A stretch of 64,000 bases of DNA from Bispira polyomma (taxonomy: Eukaryota). Position 1 is the first letter of the stretch. Each line of letters opens with the position of its first letter. The notes below the pieces were generated by a model. The model was not told where the DNA came from. It did no database searches and was given only the letters and a program-made list of their open reading frames with translations. This document shows, in pieces, positions 24,756-38,799 of this stretch. The position numbers and the translations under genes were made by a program. The stretch is from assembly GCA_965649765.1 (NCBI GenBank), contig OZ287755.1, positions 36,518,001-36,582,000 on the forward strand. The letters are read 5' to 3'.

Positions 24756-25603
24756 ATGGAAAGCGGTAATACAGAGGCCATGGAAACATGTTTGAATAAG
24801 GGGAAAATAAGCTTGGCTTATCTTTTCTTGATGCAATTGTTGGAGAGGGTCTTGAAAGATAATGCGAAAGCTAATAACAAAGAAAAACTAGAGTCTGTTC
24901 TATCAGCGCACAAGCCGCTTTTGGAATTAGATGTTGATGACAGTCTTTCTAATAAAACATTGAAGTGGTTAGCGTCAGATTCACTCAATTGTCCTCTGGG
25001 GGCTGTTGCGGCCTTACTAACAACAAAATTATCAAGACAACAATAAGATGCTGCGACGAACATGGTAGCAAGAATGGACTATGTGCTCTGTTTAAAAAAA
25101 ATAACGAAAGAAGCGACCCCTGGCTATTGCGATGCGAGCGTGGATTTTGTACCTTGTTTGGGCTACCTCTGTCATAAACGCATAGCGGGAAGCCACAAAA
25201 AAGTCAGGACACTCGTATGTTATTATTGTGGTGGGAAAATCTCAATAAAAGATCCAGACGGTGAGGAGGGTTTTCGGGTCAAGCCGACGGCCACTCCTAT
25301 TTTAGTGGAAGTCTGGGACCAGATCATCATTAGCCCCAAGTTCCTTGCTACACAAGGAGAAGTCATGCGTAAATTGTTTTCCTGGCGATCAAAATTAGAT
25401 GAATATTTGATGCCCATGCATTGACAGAGAACTTTAAGTCAAGGAAAGGGGGCATTTAAAAGTAGCCCCAAATCCTCACCCAAAAAGAGAGTAGTTTCGA
25501 TGGAGCTAAAACCCCTCTTCACCATGCAAAGCAACACGTCGCTCGAAGAAGAAGTGTCATCACCAGGGTCAGGCAAAGAAGTTAGTCAGAACTATCAAAC
25601 TTA
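24756..25603 (+). pseudogene. Compact intronless unknown gene (~280 codons, 2 in-frame stops), virus/transposon-like
   Basis: TATA (tatataagg ~24708) upstream of ATG GAA AGC; ORFs 24705-25046 and 25062-25424 are in the same frame and continue to a S/K-rich tail (SPKKR); contains CYYCGG. Confidence 0.55.
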
Positions 25604-25610
25604 GATGGAG

Positions 25611-26030
25611 CATATTCTGGGTTAGTATTGACTAACTTGTTTATTTTTATATAGCAGCATATTCTGGGTTAGTATTGACTAACTTGTTTATTCTTTTGTA
25701 GCAGCATATTTTGTTCGTATTGACTGACTTGTTTTTTTCTTATATAGCTGCATATTCTGGGTTACTATTAACTAACTTATTTATTCTTATATAGCTGCAT
25801 ATTTTGTTAGTATTGACTAACTTGTTTATTCTTATATAGCTGCATATTTTGATAGTATTGACTAATTTGTTTATTGTTATATAGCAGCATATTCTAGGTT
25901 AGTATTAACTAACTTGTTTATTCTAAAAAAGCTGCATATTTTGTTAGTATTGACTAACTTGTTTATTGTAATATAGCAGCATATTTTGTTAATATTGACT
26001 AACTTGTATATTCTTATATAGCTGCATATT
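25611..26030. repeat. ~45-bp minisatellite, same family as 22750-23535
   Basis: Same unit, about 9 copies. Confidence 0.95.
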
Positions 26031-26757
26031 TATATTATATATATATAATAAAAAGACATCTAATATAAAAACATCTAATATAAGTAAATTTTAATATCAA
26101 ATTATTATAAAAAATTGATTTGACTAATCTCACAGCCAGTCATTTAAAGGTAGTGACATTTCTACTTTTGTAGAAACTCTTTTCCACAAAAGCTACTAAT
26201 TTACGGGTGAGCGGCACTTGGTGCATCTTATGCCACCAATTTATACCACCCAGCAAATTACCAAACCCACATTAGCCCGAAACTTTTACCACATCTAATG
26301 CTGTAACCATTATACACACTTTCAGTGTTGGATCCAAACCACTTCCTATGATAATGATTTCTCTTGTCCAATGTGTGTATGTGAGTACGAAAACGGTCAT
26401 TTAACTAGAACCTTTCCACTATCCTGGATTCATAAATAGTCGACATTACAAATTCTAAAATATCAAAATTAACACCTCCCACTCCCCTCTACTATTTTAG
26501 TTAAAGCATGCCAAACAATTCCAACCGAAATAAAAAAATGAATAGCAAACCGAGAGCTCTAGAGTGTTATTTGTAAAAATACACATTATCACTGTATCAT
26601 AGTCGTGTGTAATGTCAGTCATTACACGTGTGAAAATCCATATGAACTATTTCTAAAAATATACTATTGTAATTATATAATGGTTGTGTGCAATATCAAA
26701 TCATTACATGTGTTAAAAGCCATATTGAGTGTCACGTTATTTTGAAATGTTGCACTC

Positions 26758-27036
26758 TGTCCATATATCAAGGTCGACTCGATATATGTACTACCAGTCA
26801 AACCAAACATTAGGAACAACCTAAATGCTACCTTTCTCTATACTAAGACTGTGAGATATTTCTCTTCAAACACACATGACTCAACAGCTCTCTTTATAAA
26901 CATAAGCAAAAGCTCATTGGACAACCTAGCTGCTGATAAAGGGAATAGAGGTGTATTTATATTGTTTTCTTTTGAGACTCTCACAAGCCTGAACTTCTAC
27001 CTATGCTCTACACTACCCCCAGTTCAGGTTACGACA
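26758..27036 (+). mobile_element. Internally deleted LTR copy (main family)
   Basis: tgtccatatatcaaggtcgac ... caggttacgaca; lacks the TATA segment. Confidence 0.85.
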
Positions 27037-27754
27037 CTTGTCCATCCCCACAAATAGCTCCTCATCACACAGCACGATGTGGATTTCACCGGCCATTTCT
27101 ATTTTTTTACTTCACCGATTGACTATTTTGGCTTTAGGCTGATTGGTGACAATCTACACGTCCCCCCGCCCCCCCGCCCCCTCTGGCCCGACCGATATTG
27201 AGTGTTAGAATTGTTACATGATGGATGTCTACATCTTGTTATATTTCTACTACATTTCAAGGAGAAATTTTTTCCGACCTGGTTCATTTTTACCTAATCA
27301 TTTACCAATCTACTTATATTTTGGCATCTTTTTATTTCATTGCATTCCCGAGATCAGAAATTCCACTTCCCCCCTCCCCCTGGTGTGTCCAGTCCGTATT
27401 CGTGTTGTGTACACACTTGTTAAAACCCCAAATCTAAATGCTACCTTTCTCTATAATAATGATTGAGAGATTTCTCTCTTCCAAATACATATGACTCAGC
27501 AGGTCCTCTCACAGCAATTATCAAATTGACTACCTCCATATAAAGCCACCCAGGGAGGAGTAAGGGCCGGACTCCCTTCTGAATATCCTAGGATAGAACT
27601 CCTAGCACAGGTGTGGGGGACAAATGTGTATGTACTATATATTGAACATTTGAAATATAATAAAAGGATAGAAAAGTTATTATGTTTATTTAAGACTCAT
27701 ACAAGCCTGAACTTATACCTAAGCTCTATGCTGCCCCCAGTTCAGGTTACGACA
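27037..27754 (+). mobile_element. 3' internal fragment plus diverged LTR (27386-27754)
   Basis: 27037-27385 matches 42279-42673; the LTR ends caggttacgaca. Confidence 0.8.
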
Positions 27755-28815
27755 CAGCCCTTTATCACCTCCTTGTTTACCATTTTACAGTCATTCCCAA
27801 ATTCCATCACAATATTCATTGTGGAACATAGTCTTCCAGAAAATGTTGGGAAGAAACAATCCTAGAAACATGTCCCTATAACACCTCAGATACTGCTGGA
27901 TTGACCCTTCATTTTTATTACTTTTTTGTCTGAAACATTAAGCAAAATTGACTAACATAGATTTTGTATACATTTTCACGGGCACCAGTGCATATTAAAA
28001 AAATATTCCTGGTACATATTTACCTCTGTATGTTCAGTGTACGTATCCAAGTTGCTAATAAAGGAGTGATTATGCATTATGGACTCTTATAGAATTTTGA
28101 CTGTCAGATAATGCCAGTAACTTAACTTATCACCAGTACATATTGAATGCATTATTGTTCTGTCTTAGTAGGTTTATCATAATTACTTTCTCAATTTACT
28201 ATTACTTAATATTTTTTTCTAGAAGACAAACTCTGTGAGACAATCAAACAGCTAAGCTAGAAAAGCAAATCCAGCGGATAACCAGGTAAGTCTGAATTCT
28301 GTCTGAATGTACAGCTCTATTGGCCTAAACTGATCTACTGTATGTTACAACTCACAACATTCTGGGTATAAAAACAAAAACTTTCATTGCCTATGCTAGA
28401 TGGACAAATGGTTTTGTGGAAAAAAAAGTAAAAGATGTTACAGCGCATTTAACCAAACTATGTATTGAAAAACACATAAATTGGAACTAAATTACACCTA
28501 CCAATATGTTTTCAAACAATATTAGCATTTCCCTTTTTCACTTTTTAATGGCAGAAACTACCCAGATATTGTTTAGTTCACAGCAGAATATAGTAAAACA
28601 CCTGATAAATTCCAAATCTGTGCATCACAAATAAATTATCTTCATTTAACATACTAAGAAAGGCAGCAGAAAATGGTAAATCGAAGAAGAAAACCTGATC
28701 ATTATGTATTACGTCAACCAGTCTACTGTAAGGTGTTCTATGTTAACCCTTACATCAGTAAAAAATTGCCCAGGGTCTGGCAAGGACCATTTTATACGTA
28801 GTTTTATAGGGGATT

Positions 28816-29716
28816 TGTCTATGTCGGGTAGACAACGTATCATGTACGCACTATTCAAAACCAAAATGAAAGAATAATCTAAACACTACCTTTTTCTGTA
28901 ATAAGACTATGAGATATTTCCCTTCTTTAAATACACATGACTCAGCAGCTGTCCATTTTTCAAGGTCGACACGATATATGTACTACTAGTCAAAACCAAA
29001 ATGTAGGAATAACCCAAACACTACCTTACTCTACATTAAGACTATTAGACAGTTCTCCTCTTCAAACTCACATGACTCAGCAGCTCTCTTTATAAACGTA
29101 AGCATAGGCTCATTAGGCAACCTGGCTGCTGATAAGCTCTCTCCATCTATTGATCTATTTGACTACCTCTATGTAAAGCCACCCAGGGAGGAGTGTGGGC
29201 CGGTCTCCTTCGTCACGATCCTGGGATAGGACTTCACAGAGGCAGGGGAAATACAATGTATTTATATATATATATATATATGTGTGTGTTGGTTATTGGA
29301 ACTAAATAAAGGGAATAAAAGTGTATTTATGTTGTTTTCATTGAGACCCTCACGAGCCTGAACTTATATCTATGCTCTACACTACCCCCCATTTCAGGTT
29401 ACAACACAGCTCTCTTTATAAACGTAAGCAAAAGCTCATTGGATAACCTAGCTGCTGATAAGCTCGTCCCATACTAGTGATCAGATTGACTACCTCTATA
29501 CAAGGCTACCCAGGGAAGAGGAAGGGCCAGTCTCCCTCCTTATTATCCTGGAATAGGACTTTCCAGAGACAGGGGAAACAGATGTATATATATATTTATG
29601 TGTTGGATGTTTTGGAGTGAAATAAAGTAAATCGAAATGTAATCATATTGTTCTATTTAAAACTCTTACGAGCCTGAACTTCACCTATGCTCTACTCCAT
29701 AGTTCAGGTTACGACA
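28816..29716 (+). mobile_element. LTR (28816-28949 + 29411-29716) interrupted by a nested solo LTR of the same family (28950-29406, TSD CAGC)
   Basis: cagc|TGTCC...ACAACA|cagc; the flanks rejoin as the normal catgactcagcagctctctttataaac. Confidence 0.85.
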
Positions 29717-31515
29717 TGGTGAAGATGCGGGTATAACAATTTCTAAAAAAAAAAACATAAAGAATAATACAAAATGGAAACAATAATTTTTTCACAAAAT
29801 AACACCAGCTTTCTCAGCTCGCAGGATATGCTCCAACAAGGAGCACAGAAGTAGACAGTCATAAACAATGTTTCACCCATGACTGATCCACAACGAGTGC
29901 CAAGAAACTCAAGAGGAATACCACACCAAGATTTCTAAATTTAGCACACAGGACAAGGGCAGCCCAGCACAACCAAATGACAGATCCTCCATTGGCCCAG
30001 GGCTTAGATGACCACCCTCCAGATCACCAGCTACAACAATTTCCAAACCACGATGAGGATGACCAACAGTCCGTCCAGACAGAAGAATCAGCAGACAGCT
30101 CGGAAGGCGAACTAAATCCAGGAGATGAGGCACAACAAAACGCAGGATTCCAACCACAATACCAGATAGTGGAACAACCCAATCCACAATCCACCCAATA
30201 AAGTCCCATTATACTCGAGTCACCTTTGCTATTTTGTAAAGACTTTTCTTCCTTCCCCTCTCATCCTGTAAAGGGACCCTCTCTCTTCCACAAGCATATC
30301 TGTGATTAGTCTGGAGGATTTTCTGTCCTCTGGGTCAGACGGCCATCTGCCGGGTTGCCTATCTGACTCTCCGTCCAAGGAGGTTACATGTCTTTTCCTT
30401 TCACAAATGTTTTAGCATCATTACAAGGCTATGTCGAAGCGTATAAAGTGAATCCTTGTTTGTCTTTTGTTTTATTAAATAATATTACAGATAGCTTATC
30501 CGCTATCAGTGTCTCACGTTATATATATATAAACTTCTGTGGGTTATCGTGCCTCCCATTGTATTAAAGAATATATAACAAACGTATCGGCTATTATTGA
30601 TCAAAGTTATAATTATTATTGGCTATTTTTTCCCACAGTCATTATTTTTGGCTATTGTTGCCCACAGTTATAATTATTTTATTGGCTATTATTGCTTAAG
30701 TTGTTTTATCGCTATCATCATCTCAAGTTATTATCGCTATCATTGTCTCCAAGTTAAATCATTAAAACAATCTATTAGTTACCACTGTGTCAAGCAATAT
30801 TAAAAGGGAAGCTATCAGTCATTATGTCAAAAAATCAAAAAGTTGTAGCAGTTTAGAAATCAAAGAAGGTGGAAAAGAAAAGACTAAAGGTTAAGGGTCC
30901 TCCTGCTTTGTCGTCTGATATCCCCCAACTTATGGAAATGTTCACCCATTTCACCCATTTGGCAGCACGAGACCGCAAGGCGGGACAAAGGGCCTTGAGG
31001 GAACATTGTGAACAGTCTTCCTTGTGCCACATTGGTGAATCGCTTCCACTGCATCACATGCCTGTTTCAGAAGCCCCATTTAACAAATTTCCACCACACC
31101 AAGAAACAACTAGAGGAGTGTCCCACCACCACCTTTCCATTCCCACAAAATCCCCATCACACAGCACCATGTGGATATCACTGGCCATTTGTTGTTTTTC
31201 CACCACCATATTTTGACTCCAGGCCGGCCAGTGACAATCTAACCCCCCACCCCACCCCCCACCCCTTTTTTTTTTCTTTCTTTAAGCGCCTCTGGGCCTC
31301 TGGGCCAACCGTCGACCGTGTATAGTTTAAACTTTTCAGTGCTTAACGGTTAGTGGATAGATGATGAATGTTGTCACATTTCTACCACCTTCAAGCAAAT
31401 ATTATGACCTATTTTTTAACTCAACTCCACTTTTTCAAATCAATCTCATCACACTTTTCGGTTTTTTCTTTCTTCTCCGGCATCCCGAGGTCGGGATCTT
31501 CGTTTCCCCCTGGCA
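29717..31515 (+). mobile_element. Internal region of a deletion derivative: PBS, gag 5' end, hairpin block, partial accessory ORF-Y, pre-LTR tract
   Basis: TGGTGAAGATGCGGGT immediately after the LTR; ORF 29977-30201 matches the gag start at 40518; 30869-31120 matches ORF-Y. Confidence 0.85.
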
Positions 31516-31589
31516 TGTTATATTACCCAACAATTACTCTTATTGTTCACCTTTATCACATCTTGTGATATGTTTTGGACCCCTGTACT

Positions 31590-32450
31590 GAACACCAGAA
31601 GATGAAGAACAACAAAACCCAGGAATCCTACCAGAGAACACACGAATACAACATCCAGTGGGCCGTAACTTACAAACCCAGCACCATCGCCACCACCAAC
31701 TCCACACAATCCACTAAATCTTCCAGCAAATCCTCCAGCAAATCCGCCATCAAATCCGACAAACATCCACAGACATTCACACCCCAAGGCTCTACAGGTA
31801 CAACAGCATTTCGTTTGTGGTCCGAATCAGCAGAACAAAATCCAGCACAAGGACCCTCAACTTATGATGCAGCAGTGAGATCCGCCACGCTTTATCAGAA
31901 TGCACAGAAAGCCAGAAGCAGGGACTTTAGAGAAACAATTCCAGGAATCACAAATTACCACAAAGGGGAAAACCACACAGCCCCTGACATCTCCAATTCT
32001 ACCTCCAGAGAATCCCAGTGATAAACACAAACCCTAGTCCATAGTCGCTTGAACAGCTCTTTTGCAATAATAATTTTAAAGTAATAAACTGACAGAAACA
32101 AACCCAGCTTAGGACAGTTCCAAATATAGCACAAAATACTAACTGGAACAGTTATAGTCAAAAGTTTTTTTTACCCACAACACTGCATCTTATAATCAAT
32201 ATTCCCAGTCTAGACCTACTCTTGTATGGCCCACTAGACATCCCTATGATACAGTACAAATCCCACCAATATCTGAGAAAGTATTGTATTGCAACACAAA
32301 TACAACAAAATGTAAACCCTCTCAAATTATCAATATCCCTTGTTTTTAAAATAATTTCAAAAAAATTTCATTGTCTATTAAATCCGACAAATCACTCAAC
32401 CATCTCCCAGTCTTAGTCATAAATATAACTTCAAAACCTGTCACACTCAA
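31590..32450 (+). pseudogene. gag and pol-linker fragments of the second subfamily
   Basis: 31590-32140 matches 37645-38430; VQIPPISEKVLYC and CLLNPTNHS resemble the post-protease region of Gypsy pol. Confidence 0.5.
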
Positions 32451-33106
32451 TAAGAATTTCCCAATAAGATACTTCTATTCAATCCAACCATAATTGATTT
32501 GTTACAGACTGCATATGGCGGCCTATACAAATAGGGTAAAAACTCTTTCCCTTATAGTATTAGGAAAAATAATGCAAATCTTCTAGAAAATTTAGCCCCA
32601 CAAATGACACATCGTAACAACAAGACATTTGTAGTCCCATCACACGCAACCTCTCCAAATTCGATTCTCTGTGAACTGGTAAAACAAAAACGATTACTAT
32701 TATAGCCCTATTTAGGGTGAAGCTGGCAAAAGGAGATTTTACAAATGGAAAGGCCCTTTTGTAGTTATCACCAAGTTGTCAGATAGGATATATAGGGTCC
32801 AGGAGGATGTAAAACCCCAGCTGTTCATCATAAACCATGAGAGGTGAAAATCTGCTTTAAGCAGAAAGGAGATTCACGCATCTTGGGTGGTCAGCTTGAG
32901 AAGACCAATACAAAGTGAAGCTTTCCCTCGAGAGGCTGAGGAAATATTGCAGCAAGAGGGTAATAATGAATTCTAGACATGTTCAGTCTTCGTCAAAAGC
33001 AAAAAGAAAAAGAAAAATTCCAGATCGGTATGGGAGTAAGGTTAAGGATGAGTGATGAAATTATTTTTGTGCCAAATGTATTTACTTTGTTAATGTGTTT
33101 TACAGA

Positions 33107-33620
33107 ATGAAGGTGTCAAACAATTCAACAACCAAACAGCACCCTGGTCTAATGAAGCTGTGCCAAAAGTGTGTAAACTGGTGACAGACATTGTGCGTCA
33201 CACAAGGAGGATCCACAGAGCAAAAACTTGGGGTTACAGGTGCCCTCTGTGTAACCATTTTGAAACCAAATTTAACAAGTGTTACATGCTGCAACATTTG
33301 AAAACCTGGTATAATAATACAGTGGATGTAAACTCTTGGAAATTTGATGTCCCTCAGGGTTACTTACACTTGCTTGATTGTGATGTTTGTAAGTTTAAGT
33401 GCCTATCCCATGTTGAACTTTAAACTCGTCAAAGCCTTCATAAGCAAAATGATTGCAGAATCCACATTCCATCAATTAGGGACAAACTTGACCTTCAAGC
33501 AGCATCATTTAGTGACAAGTTTGAACAAATGGTAAACAAAACTAAGAAAATGCTTCGAAATTTTAAATCAGCAGTTTTGCTATCTATTAAAAACACCATC
33601 TTGAACAATTAAGTGCACCT
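33107..33620 (+). pseudogene. Decayed C2H2 zinc-finger exon
   Basis: Acceptor ttttacag at ~33106; PKVCKLVTDIVRHTRRIH, YRCPLC...MLQHLK, CDVCKFKCLSHVEL*T.QSLH. Confidence 0.55.
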
Positions 33621-35521
33621 TGCAACAAACAAGCATTGCTTGACTAATGACAGAAGGACCGAGAACACTCACATCAGCAGATCCATTTGTAATTTTTATG
33701 GGCTATTTAAATTGCTATGAATATATATAATCTGAAGGGACATTTCTGGGAAACTGTCACTTTATAGGTGGGTCAGTTTTCTCCATAAAAAGCTCCATCC
33801 CTACAATATTGGGGACACTGTTGATTTGGGAGCCTGACCTTCTGTTAGGAACTGAACAAGTTTGCTGTTTTCGCTGAAGTGCAGTTTAAGTGGAGACAAG
33901 TAAGAAGGGTTACTTAATTTATTGTCTCATAATTTTTGTTGTAAATATGTAAATTATGTACTTATGCAATTGCTTTTATTGGTATATAGATAATGCATAT
34001 TAATTGAAACATGTAGTCATTATAGAGAAATTATTTGTAATGTTGGTAACATGTATATTTGCTGAGTTTACTTCCAATGGTGTGTGCAGTCATTTAGGCT
34101 GTACACTGGAGAAGTATATAATTTCATATAAGGTTATCTGGGTATTTATGTATTAATTATCTGACTGTGAAGTCAGGCTGAGCACTAGTCAGAACTGTAA
34201 TGCAGACATTGGATTTTGTATTCACTTAAGGGAATAAAATCCATGTATCAATTATCTGACTGTGAAGTCATTCAGGCTTAACACTAGTCAGAACTGTAAT
34301 GCAGACATTTGAGTTTGTATTCACTTTGGGGAATAAGACGGTGAATTACTTGAATATATTACCATTGAGTTAAGGTATTCATGGGCATTTTGATTCAGTT
34401 ATACCTTTAGGTTTAGATTTAGACATTTATGTTTGGATCCAATCAAGGGGATATTAGGGTAAATATAAATTTTTTTGAGGCTATAAATTGATGGTATCAG
34501 ACATTGAGTTTGAAATCATAATACATATATAACTTCAGATATTCAGTCTGTGGTTATTTACACCTTAAATGAATAGATATCAGACATTCAGTCTGAAGTC
34601 AGGGATTAGATTAAAGTAATGTTAGGCCCTTGATAAATTCTGACATTTAGTCACTGTTATCAATATGGCTGACATTGTGTTATTTGGGTTAGGTTAAGTT
34701 AGATATATAAGTGAAATTTAATACAAACATTTAGTTTGTATTCTCTCCGAACATAGATGTTCAATAGGACAGATATTAAATCTTAGAATCTTTCAAGTGA
34801 ATTAGTAATACTGGCTTGGACATTATTATGGGATGGACATCTAGTCTTTTCCTATATTTTTGGGAGGCGCTCTGAGACATTTAGTCATGGGGAGATAAGT
34901 CAGTTATGATAACTCTAGTATATATGTTCAATATGACAGATATTATATCTTACAGTTCCAGTGAGTTACTGTTGCTGACTGAGACCTCATTATGGGATGG
35001 GCATCTAGTCTTTCCTATATTTTGGCAGGCGCTTTGTGACAATTAGTCACCGGGAGATAGGTCAGTCATCATAACTAAATAGGTACTGGGAACATGTAAA
35101 TGGAAGGCCTTCATTTGACTGTCCATGTCAAGTTTGTTATGTCTACATTAATATTCGAATTGAGTGACCCAGTTAATGTTTATTTCAAGGAAGGTTAATA
35201 TTCAGCCAGGGAATATATTGATATAGTAATACATTGAATATTTTATCTCATGTTTGTTAAAAATAGAATATATCATTTACAATGCTGTTTTCAAAATTCT
35301 AAGGAACAACACTGTCTGTGAATTATGTGGGTGTGTAAATGTGTATGTGAAATTAACCTAATAGCCTAATTTTGTTAATAAAGATTTCTAAGTGAAATTA
35401 CTTGAACCAGATATTTTGTTGTCAAAATAGCATGTCTTGCTTTATATCTAGTAATTTGATACTTAATCGCTTTGCAACTGCCATTTATGGAATAATCTTT
35501 ATTTTATTAGAAACAAACATA

Positions 35522-36125
35522 TGTATAATAGAAGCCGTTTCTTATTCGTAATTGTCAAGTCCCCTGCACAGTTGCTTTTATGGAAATCATCTCATGATCA
35601 TGAGGTACAGCCTCCCTATTAACTTAGGATGCTTATTGGATCTGGGCATGTTGCGGGCATTGTTTGACTTATTAATTGTATGTGGAATATTTTATGTCAA
35701 CATTTTATGATTTAGGGCTCGTAGCCAGGTGACTACTTCATTGGTCAAAAAATCGTGGAATCTATGATTATGACATGGTCATGTAGTACTTTTATTAGCA
35801 TTGGGCACCAAAACCCCAATCTTTGAGATGTGTCGAGCCATACGACCGTCACACTATGTTTGTTGTTCTAGTGTCTGTTAAAGGAAGATTGAGTCTTTGT
35901 CCACAGAAAGTACATATTCTGCCGTCACTCTATTGCTTGTATTAATGAATTCAATGATATCAAATTCTGCATAAGAAGACAAAAGTGAAATCAAGTTGTT
36001 TATCAAATAAAAAGATATTTGAACAAAGTGTCGCCATTGTTTAATTCAAGTCATTTCAAAAGTATTTCAGAGTGTTATTTCTAAAGCTAAAAGTCATTTA
36101 AAGGTTTTTGTAGTTTGTAGTGACA
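35522..36125 (+). mobile_element. Solo LTR of another family with 4-bp TSD CATA
   Basis: cata|TGTATA...GTGACA|cata; AATAAA near 36006. Confidence 0.65.
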
Positions 36126-36139
36126 CATATAAGAAAAAT

Positions 36140-36620
36140 GGCACATACTCAGTCTTGCATGAAACACTCCCTTACATGTGCTGCCTCACCATCTGTTATT
36201 CCCAAGCTGATGGACATAATCACCTTTATAATTCCACCCCTTTAGCACTAGAAGATCACATTGAAGCTAAAAGAGCTAAATTACTCACAAAAGATCCAAT
36301 CACAACCCCATCAACGCCCTTCCACCCCTTTGATGATGAAGGCAAGATTGATGTAGTGTGAATGGGAACAGCAAAGTTTTGACCAGCTTACTTGGTCCCA
36401 TTATTGTCAGCGGCACCACAATCCCACTTCCCACCCACGGCTTTCACTGCATGACATTTTTGTTTGCAGACTGCAATTTTTTAGGCTTTCACCTTACAAA
36501 TGCACAAGAAGACCGATGTTGAGATTTTGACATTTCTATATGAGAATCAATTTTAGATCTATTAAGCCTAGCCCCCCCCCCCCCCCCTCTATGCCACACT
36601 CTATAGATCCAGATTGGTAA
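36140..36620 (+). pseudogene. Divergent homolog of accessory ORF-Y
   Basis: SPSVIPKLMDI, PLALED, PITTPSTPFHPFDD, YCQRHH, HGFHCMT, GFHLTNAQ, PDW* align with 41726-42234. Confidence 0.75.
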
Positions 36621-36809
36621 ACCTGTTCAAAGAGAAATTCATACACACCTCCTACCTCCATCCCCACAAATAGTCCATCATCATGAAGCACCATGTGTAC
36701 TTCACCAGCTATTTCTTACAAAACCAACTCCTAATTTTGACCTTAAGCAAGCCTATAAGATCTACACACACTCCCTTAATAGATCTGTAAGCACCTTTGG
36801 GCCTCAGGC

Positions 36810-38700
36810 TGTTCATTTTGTGTTGATACCGTGCCGATATTGTGTCAATATCATGTTGTGTATACAGTCGTTGAAACCAAAAACGTAGAGATAATTTAAA
36901 CGCTAGCTTTTTCTGTGATAGGACTATGAGATATTTCTCAAATACACATGACTCAGCAGCTCTCTCTAAAATCGTAAGCAAAAGCTCATTAGATAGCTTA
37001 GCTGCTGATTGACTACCTCTATATAAAGCCACTCGGGAAGGAGGAAGGGCCAGTCTCACTGCTCATTATCCTAGAATAGGACTCTTTAGAGGGGTCGGGA
37101 ACTAATATATATATATATACTATGTGTAGAAATGTAATGATGCTGTTTCATTTAAGATTCATATAAGCCTGAACTTTACTCTATACTACTCTATGCTACC
37201 TCTGAGTTCAGATTACGACATGGTGAGGATGCAGGTATAATAAAACAAAAAAAATAAAATAAAGAAAGAAAAAAAAGGGCAATACAAAATGGAAACAACA
37301 TTTTTTTACAACAAAACACCAGCCTTTCAAGCTCACAGGATAATTTTCAACAAGGAGAACAGAAATAAACACACATAAACAATGCTTCATCCATGACTAC
37401 TCTACCACAAATGCTCAGAAAATTAAGAGGAATCCTACACCCAGCCTTCCCAATTTTGGCACATAGCACAGGCAGCCCACCACGACCAAATGGCAGAACC
37501 TCCACTCCAAGTGGGAATAGATGACCATCTTCCGCAACATCACATACAGCAATTTTTAACCACATCAAAAACGAGCATCAGGCCTTCTATACGGAAGAAA
37601 CAGCGGACAGCTCACAAGAAGACTTCCCTCCCTACCCGGATCCAGGAGATGAAGAACAACAAATGCCAGGAATCCTACCAGAGCACCAAATAGTACATCC
37701 AACGGAACAAAATCCACACATTAGCACAAGGAGCCTCCACCTATGATGAAGTAATGAGAACCGCCACGCTATACCAGAATGCACAGAAAGCCTCAACCAG
37801 AGACTTTGATTCACAGGAACAATTCCAGATATCCAAAATTACCAAAGGAAAACCTACACTAAGCCCGACCTTTTCAATTAAACCTTCAGAGAATCCAGGC
37901 CATCCAGCGATGAACAAACCCCAGTCCACAGTCACTCACACAGCTCTTTTGTAACTATTGGAAGCATGAGATGGCAGCAACTGTTCCACTTATCACAATG
38001 AAGTAATCAATACAGCCGTTTCTGAGGAAATTCACAAAGCCAGCAGAGGTCAGTTTTCAGTCCAATTAACATGTCTAGATTGCAATGTGGTAAAATGGGT
38101 CATATACAAAGGTATCGGCAAAAGCTAAGATATTTCAAAACACAAACTCCAATTTTACAAATGCAAATACACCCAGCATTTCTGATAACCAAATAGTAGT
38201 CATTAAAACTAACAAAGCCCAAATGATCTAGTGGGCAGAATTCTAGGGCAAAATTAGGACCTTTGTATGTGAACCAATGTTAAATGCAATAATTCATGGG
38301 GTTGTGACAGAGTAAAGAATATAATTCCAAGAAAAAACTGATGAAAACAAACCCAGTTTAAGACCAAATATGGCAAAAAAATAATTACCAAAACAGTTAT
38401 CGGCCACAGTTCTTCCCACCCCACAACGCTCCATCTAGAAATCAACACTCCCGCATGGCCAAGCAAACATTTTTGTGGTTACAATAGCTTACACCACCCA
38501 CATAGAAGAGCTGGAAAGGAAGTACCACAATACCAGTGCACAGTGAATTTATACCTTAAAATGACCCGTGGAGAAAACACACAGCTCAGCCACACAGACC
38601 AGCCCTCCCAATTACCCCCTTGCAAAAATAATAAACAGCCATCCTCTTCTTCTGCAGGACACTTCCAGCCACAATAAAACTAGAAGTTGCCATGAAACAT
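36810..38700 (+). mobile_element. Second-subfamily LTR (~36810-37220), PBS (37221-37236), deleted gag and downstream fragments
   Basis: LTR end gattacgaca|TGGTGAGGATGCAGGT; gag start MAEPPLQVGIDDHLP; knuckle remnant CGKMGHIQRY at ~38086. Confidence 0.8.
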
Positions 38701-38799
38701 ACCATCCCAAATCCCCATACCCCCCTCTTCCCCAACATACCAGAAGCACCCCTGCATTATCACATTGCCCATTTTCTCTCTATTACCCCACCCCCAACC

